Program-made: the position numbers and the translations under genes
DNA from: Octopus bimaculoides
Lineage: Eukaryota
Direction: 5' to 3'
Assembly (NCBI RefSeq): GCF_001194135.2
Contig: NC_068983.1
Location: 62,531,812-62,586,891, forward strand
DNA: 55,080 bases
Part shown: positions 35,213 to 46,720 of the stretch, piece after piece
Numbering within the stretch: position 1 is the first letter of the stretch
How the letters are laid out: every line of letters begins with the position of its first letter
Notes under the pieces: model-generated
What the model was told of the DNA's origin: nothing
The model's input: only the letters and a program-made list of their open reading frames with translations
Database searches by the model: none

Positions 35213-36256
35213 CAGGTGTCGTCATTTCAACTGGTTTTCTTAAATGTGTATGACTAAAAATAATAGTTACTGGATGGGACGCTTTTGAAAATCCGTGGTC
35301 TCGTTCACCACCGGTCATAGCATCGATGATCATCACAATATTGAATTTGTATTTATCATATCAGAAATTTTCTTGTCCAATTTTGTCTTTTTCTTTCTTG
35401 CACAAAGGGCTACTACCGTTTACATCACTGATGCTGATGGTTTCTAACTTTTTCTAGGTTCTGTATATAGACATTCTTGTGTCTGTAATAAAGATAATTG
35501 ATTTCGTGTATTGGTGGGTGCTTAGTAGTGATAGGTTTCATATCATGCCAGTATAATATAGTGGTAAGAATAATTATAACCCTACTACAATAATGGTTGA
35601 CAGCAAAATTTTTCGATAACTTTTCTGAAAAACATTGTCAGAAAATTGACAAAATGCTCCCAAAGCTGCAACATTTATATCGAGCATTGGCCAGTCGGAG
35701 ATTCCCCATTTAAACGCCTTACTACATATCGCGCAAATGACTATACAAAGCGAAGGAACTGGGCTGGATAACTTTACCTTAAAGAGATTATTACTTAGTT
35801 AACTCTGCAACTGACGACCACTTTTTGAAATATCTCAGTGACTTCCTGCGAAAGATATTCAAGACTGAAACGGCCGCTTTCCAGTAATTAAGTCAGCCCC
35901 CAAGCCTCATTCTAAGCTACTATATGAAATATATGAATATATAAATCTTATGAAAAGAGACATGCATAAAACATATTTCTCTGTACGTGTGTGTCTGTGT
36001 GAATTAGGAATTGAGTAAGTGGATGGGGATGGCAGTGATGCAAACATTTAAATGTTCTTCGAGTTAACTTGCAATAAATATTCCCTATTTCCTCCAGTAT
36101 CATGTTTGAAGTCCAGTTTTCCCTCTTGTTTAATTTACAACGGCGTAATATAGCACAGATAACATGTTGATTCGATGTGCACTCTTGCTGATTAAATTTC
36201 TCACATAAATGAATAAAACTTGTATTGAGTCATACATGTCACACTAACTCACACAT

Positions 36257-36271
36257 GTACACACACACACA

Positions 36272-36333
<62 letters not shown>

Positions 36334-36341
36334 ATACACAC
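36257..36341. repeat. (CA)n microsatellite
   Basis: Seen directly. Confidence 0.98.
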
Positions 36342-37039
36342 ACATTTATGAAAAGGAAAAAATCACAAATGTATACCTACAGACACATATTAAATACACA
36401 CATACGTGTTTGTAAAACGATCTAGAAATGCAAGCGACTCACGGTCCTGTGACATCATTCATAGCCCAGTAGTGTGCTTTCACATACATTAGGTATAAGG
36501 AGAATTATTCTCTCAAGATATTTCTGCAGCGTTCGACTTTCCTTGTCCGAGTGCACGCAAAAATGTTAATCATAATTGTACACCTACATATGTGCGTGTA
36601 CCTATCTCTGTGTGTGGCGTGTGTACATGTATACACATATCTTCGCATATATGTGTGTGTGATTGCGTGGGTGTACGTATTTATACAGAAGTAAGATAAT
36701 TCAGAAATCCCGAAAGCTTTTAAATTATATACAAAATTTGTTTCTTATTTCGTTATAACATTGTAAAAATGCGCGGCTGTGTGGGAATACAGGTATTCAT
36801 GATGCACCTGGGATGACAAATGCAAGATGTAAGAGGTTTATGTTGTATGCTGTATATAAAGGAGAACAAGTAGGGCGAAAAGGCGTTTTTCAAGTAAGCG
36901 GCTGCATACAATGAGATTTACGATATAATTCTAAATGAGAGTAAAATTTTTGAGTTCCCTAATTAGGAGAAAATTAAAAGATTTTGGTTGGAAAATGCAA
37001 CAAATTTGTTAAGCCTCAAGAAAATGAAATAATATCAAG

Positions 37040-38247
37040 GTGAAAATCCGGACGTTGTTACATGGAGGAGAGAAGAAAATGGCGGATGGCAGAGAGAGAG
37101 AGACAGAGAGAGACAGACAGACAGACAGAAACAAAAATAGTCTTTTTTGAGAGAAGAATGGAAAAATGCACACAAAGGGAGGGAAGCAACAGAAGTGATG
37201 TATAGGTTTGCATATGACAGTCTCGGCAGCGGTTAGACGTCAGAGGGAAGTGGGAGACGGAAATGGATGATTCTGAGAAGCCCAGTAAAACAAAGATTGC
37301 CGAAGCATAGGAGAATGCATGTGTGAGCGCGCTATTGTGCACGCATGCATGTGCGAATCAGTGTGTGATGAGTAGGTGCGTGGGTATGTCTGTGCTTGTT
37401 CGCGTACCGGTCTATGTGTATATATGTATGTATATATGAGTGTATGAATAAAGAGATCAAATGGACAAAGAATGGAACGTATGTATGAGAGTGCTTATCG
37501 GTGTACGTGCGTGTTTGTGAGTATGTGTGTATGTATGTATGTATGTATGTGTGTATTTATATGTGTGTGAGACAGCACATGTGAAGAGTAATGGATGTGG
37601 GTATGTGTGTCCGTCCGGTGTGAATCAAAGAGACAAGCTGACAGGTACATAGATGTGTGTGTGTGTGCATATGTGTATGTAAGTGTGTGTAAAGAGTAGG
37701 TTTCTGTAAATATGTGTTTATGTGAATATCTGTATATAAGTGAAGGATGTGTATGGACAAAAGGAGATGCGTGTGTGAATGTACGTAAAAGTTATATTTG
37801 AGTGGGGATGGTGGTGGGGATGGTGGTGGGCAGAGTGTGTGTATATATAAGGTTGGAGCGAGGAAGTACAGTGTAGGGAGTTGGGCAGGAAGGTACAAGC
37901 GGGGCTGCGGTGGAGAAGGAGAGAGAGATAAGCAAATGAAATCTGTGCATCATTTTGGAGCAGAAGTTGGAAGGAAGTACAAGTCAGAAAAGGTAAGGAA
38001 GAGAACTTAGACAAGAGGTGCGTACGTTTTGTGAAAGATCCTCTTCCGTTTCCTCTAGAATGGTATACAGGGCGAAGGCGAATATGTTTTCGGTGGAGTG
38101 TCCAGCAGAAAACAAAAATGCTGAGAGATATGCACCCAGTTGCCAAGTTCCATGTGTCGGATGTGTTTTGCGAACCTGTTAGACAGTTGGCGGTCGTGTT
38201 ACTTGCGGAGGAAAATGTTAGAGCGCGCATAAACAGCCTGTCTCTCA

Positions 38248-38250
<3 letters not shown>
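37040..38250. promoter_or_regulatory. CpG-enriched, non-repeat, promoter/5'UTR-like region
   Basis: More CpG than the flanks by eye. A YY1-like AAAATGGCGG sits at 37076-37085, with ETS-like GGAAGT/CGGAAA and GACGTCA motifs nearby. Function is inferred only. Confidence 0.3.
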
Positions 38251-38289
<39 letters not shown>

Positions 38290-39490
38290 NNNNNNNNNNN
38301 NNNNNNNNNNNNNNNNNNNNNNNNNNNNNNNNNNNNNNNNNNNNNNNNNNNNNNNNNNNNNNNNNNNNNNNNNNNNNNNNNNNNNNNNNNNNNNNNNNNN
38401 NNNNNNNNNNNNNNNNNNNNNNNNNNNNNNNNNNNNNNNNNNNNNNNNNNNNNNNNNNNNNNNNNNNNNNNNNNNNNNNNNNNNNNNNNNNNNNNNNNNN
38501 NNNNNNNNNNNNNNNNNNNNNNNNNNNNNNNNNNNNNNNNNNNNNNNNNNNNNNNNNNNNNNNNNNNNNNNNNNNNNNNNNNNNNNNNNNNNNNNNNNNN
38601 NNNNNNNNNNNNNNNNNNNNNNNNNNNNNNNNNNNNNNNNNNNNNNNNNNNNNNNNNNNNNNNNNNNNNNNNNNNNNNNNNNNNNNNNNNNNNNNNNNNN
38701 NNNNNNNNNNNNNNNNNNNNNNNNNNNNNNNNNNNNNNNNNNNNNNNNNNNNNNNNNNNNNNNNNNNNNNNNNNNNNNNNNNNNNNNNNNNNNNNNNNNN
38801 NNTGTGTGTGTGTGTGTGTGTGTTTGTGTGTTGTGCCTGCAGAGAGAATGAACAGAGGTTGAAAAAAAACCTAAAATAAAACGACGATATAAGAATATAA
38901 CGAAGGCAGAAGGGAGAACGAGTGACATACAGACACAAATTCCACAGAAGTATATAATATACTACTCTAATAAATATTCTAGTGACACGGCAGACGGGAA
39001 GTGAGCTTGCAATGATTTGTGGGATGTTGGTGTGAATGTAGGTGTTGTTCGAGCAGTTATGTATGATTTTTTTCTATGTTTTCAGTGGAGAATTCTTTGG
39101 ATATCTTTCACTAAAACGCACACCGAAAATTGCTGTGAATAACATGCTGACGGTTTAATTCCTGTGAACATAAGCAAAAATTAATAATAATCCCATAATT
39201 TAGGAGCCATTATATAAAGACTTGCAGCTTATGTTTGACAAGCGAATAGCTCCCTGTCAGAGATCAGCTACTTAATATTTCCACAGAGATATCGCTATGT
39301 AATAAATTGTTTTTCAAACATAAACACATACCACATATCATACGAAATGATTGAGGGTAACCTTAACGCGTATTTCTAGTTTCCAAGTTTTAAAGCAACA
39401 GCTAAAGATGTAAGCTTTCAACAGACAAAAACGAGAAATAAAAAGCGATATATCACTATGATCTAATTTCATTGAAAAATGTCATAAAAT

Positions 39491-39556
<66 letters not shown>

Positions 39557-39614
39557 AAGCTATCTATCTATCAGTCTGCCAGTCTGCCAGTCTGCCAGTC
39601 TGCCTGCCTGCCTG

Positions 39615-39665
<51 letters not shown>
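39491..39665. repeat. Compound tetranucleotide microsatellite (TATC)n(TGCC)n(TGTC)n
   Basis: Seen directly. Confidence 0.95.
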
Positions 39666-39669
<4 letters not shown>

Positions 39670-39821
39670 CTCGTTTGTTGTTTTTCTCAACCTGTTTTTT
39701 CACTTACTATTTTCATTTCCTGCTGTCTGTCAAAATCGACGTATACACACAACCGTAGAAATACAGATTCGTGATATATATGTATGTATGTATGTATGTA
39801 TGCATGTATGTATGTATGTAT

Positions 39822-39932
39822 GTCATTATTCAGTTTATTTCAAGATTTCTTGCCAATAGGGAAAAAACCGGTTTCTAACCTAGATCTAAGGCTCTTTCAT
39901 TGGAATGTCAGCATCAATAGCTGAGTATTTTT
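39822..39932 (-). mobile_element. Family F element (copy 3), embedded in a (TATG)n array
   Basis: (TATG)n on both sides (39780-39821 and 39933-39978). Confidence 0.85.
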
Positions 39933-39949
39933 GTATGTATGTATGTATG

Positions 39950-39983
<34 letters not shown>

Positions 39984-40029
39984 TAAAAAAAGAGGTAAAA
40001 GAACAATAATCAGTTAGAGATTTCATTAC

Positions 40030-40082
40030 CTTCGTGCGCTCAGGTCAGAGGATCCGTTTCAAGAAGAAGAACAAGAAACTTC
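40030..40082 (-). other. Candidate 53-nt non-coding (5'UTR or lncRNA) exon
   Basis: Acceptor ccacttttcatctctcacag and donor AAG|gtaatg. Stops in all three frames. Confidence 0.4.
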
Positions 40083-40478
40083 CTGTGAGAGATGAAAAGT
40101 GGAACGGCTATTGGGAGGTGACTGCAAATCTACTAGGGTGCCGGGGACTCTTTCTCATTCCAGTTACGAAAAAAACCGGAATTTTAATGTGGTGTGAAGG
40201 AAAGTAAGTTGTAAATCTAGTCGAGTTAACGGTTCCTCATGAAAATAACATGGACGCCGCTTGGGCTCGAAAGATTGACCGTTATATAAACGTTATGTAA
40301 ACTTCATCGGAAGGGGTGTCCCAATCGACGGGCAGGATTCTACAACGTAGAATTTTGTGTGATCGTATGTGCACCTGTCGATTATTTAGTTAAACCAATC
40401 GATAACCTTTTCCATAGCTCACCTGTCGTGATGCCTGAGTGAATTTTAAAATATTTTTTTTGACACTGTTTCCTAAAA

Positions 40479-40546
40479 AATATTTGCTATAACAATATTT
40501 ATTGCTTCAGTAGCTCAGCGCTGAATGTAATGGAAATGTAATGGAA
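40479..40546 (+). repeat. Left arm of a perfect 68-bp inverted repeat (partner 41550-41617)
   Basis: AATATTTGCTATAACAATATTTATTGCTTCAGTAGCTCAGCGCTGAATGTAATGGAAATGTAATGGAA is the exact reverse complement of 41550-41617. Confidence 0.92.
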
Positions 40547-41112
40547 TGTAACTGCAGAAGTAAAATTGCTAAAAATCTGAACACTACGGCAACAAATTAC
40601 CTGACGCGTTGCATTGCATTTGCGTATATGTGTGGTGCATTCAAGTTTGTGTCGGCAATCTAAGTGAAATAAGTAGACTTTACCAAAGGAAATTTAACGT
40701 TCAGTGTCGACTGCGATAACGAGAGAGTTAATAATCAATATTTTTTATCGATTAATTTTACATCCCTACGATACATAGCTTCCGTCTCTAAGGGGCAAGT
40801 AGTACTGAGCACGAGCTCAGTTTAGCCACCTAGGAGTAGAATTATTGAGTAGGTTCAGCACAAAATTATTCCAAGTAAAAATTCTTTGTAACGTTTGTTT
40901 TTTCAATAAAAAAACTGTTTGTCAACTCCTTTTTGTCAACTCCTGTTTGTCAACTCCTATGAGAATAAAGTCAAGGTGACTGGAACAGACTAAGAATGTT
41001 GACGAAATCCTCTTAGCTTTGTGCACAGGTGACTATTACTGTGTGCTCATAACGTCGTCCTCAGTATGTATTTTAAAAATTCATACATGTATATAATACA
41101 CACACACACACA

Positions 41113-41169
<57 letters not shown>

Positions 41170-41187
41170 GTCTATCTATCTATCTAT

Positions 41188-41310
41188 TGCTTTCAAATTT
41201 TGACACAAGGCCTGCAAGTTTAGCAATAGGTTAAATCTATTATATCGACCCCAGTGTTCAACTGGTACTTATTTCATCGACCCCGAAAGGGTGAAAGGCA
41301 AAGTTAGCTT
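41188..41310 (-). mobile_element. SINE family B, 3' half
   Basis: Homologous to 43830-43950. Confidence 0.8.
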
Positions 41311-43743
41311 AATTCTACCAACGGGCTACTTTAATCATTGTATATGCATTGAGACATTAAGGATCAAATCCCAATTCTATCTTGAATTGAATAACACTAT
41401 GTAACAAAATATTGTTTTTTTTTTAGTCTTTGGAAAAATAGGTGCTATTGTTTTATTTGCTTCTATCTAGAAATCAAAGGAAATGACTACTATTCCCTAC
41501 AAACTTTGCTTTTGCGAGCTGGATATCAGTGCTTTGAAACTGACCTATTTTCCATTACATTTCCATTACATTCAGCGCTGAGCTACTGAAGCAATAAATA
41601 TTGTTATAGCAAATATTCTGCTCAATACCGCATATTTGCTTGTCATTTGCTTGACCCTTACCACTTCAGCATGTTCCTCAATGGCTGACAATATGTGAAT
41701 CTCTGATCATGAGCAGGAATAGTGGAGGAGCATCACAACCAAGTGCTTGGGGGGATTTGAATAAATGTAATAAAGACAAAAGCTCAAAGAAATATTATCC
41801 ATTTTTCACACTTTCTAGGGGTAAGCATATAGGAAACAAAAGTTGCTACCCAAGGACAAAAATCGTGCTACACAATGTACTATATTTACTAAATAGGTTT
41901 ACTTCAACATACCCAACCATCTTTTTATATAGTAATTGGTTACTTAAAATATGGGTGTGGGAGGCTCTATGAAGAACCACTTGTTTTCAGTTGCCCGGTG
42001 TGTTTGGGTACACCGCGTAATTAATAACAGTTCTATCACGAAGTAGGTAAGTACAAATCTTAAGCGTTCTATGAAGAACACCTACCTATCCATGAGGCTG
42101 GTGGAATGGTCAAATATGTGTAGGGATGAGCCGATCCAAATTTACTTCTCACACCCTTAAAGTTTTCAACAACATAAGCAGTGGTAACATAACTTTGACA
42201 AGAACAGGATAGTGTTGAATCTCTCTCCCACTCTCTCTCTCTCTTTGTCTCTCTCTCTCCCTCATTCTTCCTCCCCCTCTTTCTCTCTCCATTTTAATTG
42301 ATCACATATGGGATCGATTAAGTATGCATAATTGATGCACATGAGATAACATCTGTCTTACTTTATTATGGAACTGAGATTATAGGTCTAAGGATAAATG
42401 TTTGAAGAACAGAGAAACATCGGATAATCTTCTGTATATTACGCTCTACTGAGCCAGAAGAGACTGTTTGTAGCTACAGTCGTAATGTTTTGCTTTTGTC
42501 GATATACCGACCACCACCCTCTTGACATATTATCTACTATTCTACTAGGTTTGATCATAAAAGCAATAACATTTTAGTAGGGTATTCACAAACACACACA
42601 TGCACATACATACGCAGTCATATACATGTACACAGATATGTAATGATAAAAACAGTTGGTACTTCGCAGTATAAAGAAATAAACAGTAATAAAACGAAAT
42701 TATTGCAGATGATAAATTTATGTAAAATGAAATATTTTTAACGGCTCTGTTTTATACAAGAAACTGTTGCATCAGAGAATTACACCAATATTTAACTGCA
42801 ACATTAAAATATCTTCGGATAATTAATGATAATTTCAAATATTAGAATGTTAATTTTAGATTCACAATTTCTATAACATCTTTTGAAAAATTTTGAAATG
42901 TAAAATGAATGTTTAGACACTGATTTATGATATTTTAATAACCTGGAACGAAGGTAAAATGCGTTAACTCTGTTCAAACTAACAAGTTTATTTTTACGAA
43001 TGTTACGAATGTCTGAATATAAAACATATTTCAATGTTTAAATTTTAATTTTAATTCCTTATGTATTTCAAACTTAAATACTCGGTCACCATTCGCAATT
43101 GATTAGAGAATAGCATTTATTAATATATTTATTGTGTAAATGAACGCATTTGTCTCTACGTCAGCATCACAAATCAGCTATGATTCGACATAGTGATAAT
43201 TTTTGGTTCTACAGCACACAGCAGGAGAGTTGAGTAATTTATTCATCAACGTCAATATTCTGGACAAAATGTAATTAAAGTAGAAATTGGCTGGTATTCA
43301 GCAGTTACCACTTGCGGCACCGATTTAAACAATGAAGACTTAGTGTTTGGACAAAGAAATGAATAATAAAGTGGTGTAGGGCATTGTTTGTGAGTTCATA
43401 AAGGACGAACTGTGAATGAAGGCTTTTACTGCAGACTAGTTACTGAATTATTCGGCAGAAAAGGCACTTCCAGTGAAGCGAATATTAAGACCTGGGCTTT
43501 AGGAGTGGATCGCTCTTTCTCACGAGTGTATATGTTTGACATACAAAATGAACAACAGTTCAACAAATCACTCACTGTCTGTTGTTATTTTAAATATAGC
43601 TTAACAAAAGCTATAGCAGAATGTTCAAAAACACAGTGAAAGACCAGTGACGGGATTCAACCTGTAAACAATAAGTAAATAGTCCTATTCTTTATCTATC
43701 AGAAAATTACCCTTTGCAATAACCATGTCATTAAATGTATTTA

Positions 43744-43950
43744 CTGGCAGAAGCGTTAGCACGCCGGGCGAAATGCTTAGCGGTATTTCGTCTGTCTTTA
43801 CATTCTGAGTTCAAATTCAGCCGAGGTCGACTTTACCTTTCATCCTTTCGGGGTCGATAAATTAAGTACGAGTTGCGTACTGGCGTCGATCTAATCGATT
43901 GCCCCCCTTCCCCTCAAATTTCGGGCCTTGTGCCTAGAGTAGAAAATAAT
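43744..43950 (+). mobile_element. SINE family B, near full length
   Basis: CTGGCAGAAGCGTTAGCACGCCGGGCG...GAGTTCAAATTC (B box)...GCCTAGAGTAGAAAA. Confidence 0.92.
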
Positions 43951-45026
43951 AATATTTATATTATTGATGATAATAGACATCTAGGTGACAAATAAAATAC
44001 GACATAGTTTTACATGGTTGTGCGACTACAAGAAATAGAACTGAACTACTCAGAAACCACAACCTGGCATATGAAGGACACATTGGACAAACAAATTGCA
44101 ATTACACAGTAACTTTAATGATCAATGGTGCATTCGAATTAGAGTGACAGGGTGTTAAAAAATAAAACAAAAAATATTAAAATACATATCAACAATTTGG
44201 GGCATTCCACCTATGACGTAAACATGACGGCACATGCAATGAAATCTATTCTACACAAGATTTAATTTCTACTGCATACTTGATGATATGGAAATATATG
44301 AGGAATTTATCAGAAATACGTGGGAAATGTTTGAAGAGGCCGTAGTTGGACACAGAACGGATTAAGTATCACAATACCCTATCAATTGATGATCATTAAC
44401 AATGTGATCATCCCACGGGCTCTTATAAATAATGTTCAGATTAGAGAACAATGTTGACTTTAGATAAATTGGAATTTTCTCTGTTATCCTCAACTATTAG
44501 CATTTGATCGATAGCTAAAACCCGAAAATCAATTATTTAACCCTCTTGTTAAACGACAAACAGACAAACGATTTGCTAACAGAAATAAATATTTCTTCAG
44601 TGTCAATGATAATTTTAAAAATATATTTTTGTTATTAATTTTTCAATTGTCTATTGGTTCATTCCATTTTTTATTTTGGTTTCAGAAAACTTTTTTTGCG
44701 AAGCTCTCAATCTTATTGAGTTAACCAGGATGTGTTTTTTTGGTTTTTTTATCGGATCAAACACTATTGTAACATTTGAAAATTGAAGCAAGAAATACTG
44801 ACGAATGTCCATAACTTGTGTAAATATCGAATTATTTGCTGTCAATATCAGAATGTCATCGTGAAAAAGCGGTAGGATTACCGTTATACGGATATACGCT
44901 CAGTTGAATACATTTGATTTCAATTCTCACTTGGTCACATTTCATTTCTATTTTTCCATTTTTCTCTCACTCTACTTCTCTTTCTGTTTCTCCCACTATA
45001 TATATATATATATATANNNNNNNNNN

Positions 45027-45819
45027 AAAGAAATCACTATAATTTCGCAATCTAATAACTTCGCCAGTTCTTGTTCAAATGACTTCAAATTTTAACACCA
45101 TGTGTAGAAATAGGTCAAAGTTTTATGTTTAATATTTGATATGTTTATCTTTTCAGGTATAGAAATGGTTGTCACCGCAAGAGAAAAGGCGTTTTGTGTG
45201 TTAGAGTATGCTCGAACACAGTCGAACAAGACTGTGCATCGTGCATTTGTGAGAGAGTTCTCTAAAAAGTCACCAACGGTATTACAAATTTGGACATGGT
45301 ACAAAAAATTCAAAGAGGAAGGCTGTCTGTGCAGAACAAAATGTTTTGGACTAACATCTGAAGAGATGGTCGAGCGGGTTTGCCAAACTGTTGCGAAGCC
45401 CCAAGAAGTCCATAAGAAGGACAGGTTTGGAAACCCAGATTCCTCCAACGACAGTTTGGCGCGTCCTGAGGTAACGCTTGCGAATGAAACGCTACAAGCT
45501 GCAAATTGTTCAGGCCATAACGGTAGATGACAAGCGAAAACGCAAACATGGGGCTATGTGAAGGGCCTGGTCTATATCCAGCTTCTTCCTGAAAACCTAG
45601 AGGAACTCGAGCAGAGAATCACTATCGCACTGGACGACAGAGGTGTTAAAAGGCATCACTCCTCAAGACTTCCAGCACTGCTTTGAATTGTGGAAAATGC
45701 GCCTGGACCGATGCATTATTTCAAATGGAGAGTACTTCGAAGGTGATCAAAATGTAAGCATGTAAAACTAAGTGGATAATATAATATCGCAAAATTCTGG
45801 TTTCTTTTGGGTACCCTCG
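45027..45819 (+). pseudogene. Composite Tc1/mariner remnant: a DD37D/maT-like 5' part and a mariner-like 3' end with TIR
   Basis: MVVTAREKAFCVLEYA..WYKKFKEEGCL (HTH) and WGYVKGLVY, then FQHCFELWKMRLDRCIISNGEYFEGD, ending in GGGTACCCTCG. Confidence 0.8.
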
Positions 45820-46199
45820 CATATTATAATCCATAAATCCATAATCTTATATAGTTTTCCTTCCATGCATGCAGATCCCTGATAACAAATAATCAATCTT
45901 ATATTTTACTTCATTTTGCAACCTGATTAAAAAATTCTTATAACAGCCATTGTATGCCTTACATGTTTGATAATAGCCATTACATTTCCTGCATTAACTA
46001 CTCCTTTCTCCTCCCTTTACAAGACAGCAGTTTTCATGTGCCTTTGGAGAATAATTGTCATAGATAGACACGTTATGTAGATTGAATAGTTATGTTCAAT
46101 CAGTGATTTTTATCTCGTGTGCTATAATTGAAGAACCTTGAATATGATATATGTCTTCTTATATATAAATAATTTTAACCCCATTATTTGTGCAGTCTA

Positions 46200-46720
46200 C
46201 AGACTGGTGGTAATAGAATTGACATGCAAAATGGAGCGTAAGAGAAACGGTTGAGATGGGAAGACCAAACTAGAAATGGAAGATATGATAGATGTTGTGC
46301 AAAGCATATGAACCAACATGGGACGGATAAACGAAAAGATGATATCCTGACTGAAGAATAAATACAGGGTGAAGGGAAGGAACAACATGCGGTAAAAGAA
46401 GTAGGGTGATAAGAAAGTTCAGCAAAGGAAGTTATCCAGGAGAATGTTGTAGAAAATGAGCCAAGCAGCTTACACTTCCTTTTCAGGGCGGTATACGGTG
46501 AGCTTTCAACCACAACAGATGGAGGAATTGTGTTGACATTATGGTTACCAGTATGGAGTTTATGAATTGTTGGGATAGATTATGATAACATGTAAACCAT
46601 TTCTTGCAGTGTATGCCTGGCGGTGTAAAAGGAGAACGAAACAAACGTAATGAAAACCAAGACCTAGACCTCTGAACCGGCTGACTCGAAGTTGCAAGGG
46701 AATTTGAAGAAGGGTTCGGG
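46200..46720 (+). mobile_element. Decayed RLE-type LINE fragment (HERO/NeSL-like)
   Basis: NEPSSLHFLFRAVYGELST resembles the MEPxRLSFLIRAVYDVLPT motif that precedes the zinc knuckle. DVVQSI*TNMGR lies upstream. Confidence 0.5.

Noticed and set aside
35408-35440. Cadherin-like ATTVYITDADG
   Set aside because: Only 10 aa, with a weak donor. Protocadherin ectodomains are normally encoded by large exons, and none is present.
43400-43525. Mariner-like GRTVNEGFYCRLVTEL
   Set aside because: A single short motif with no other transposase motifs or TIRs, too weak to call.
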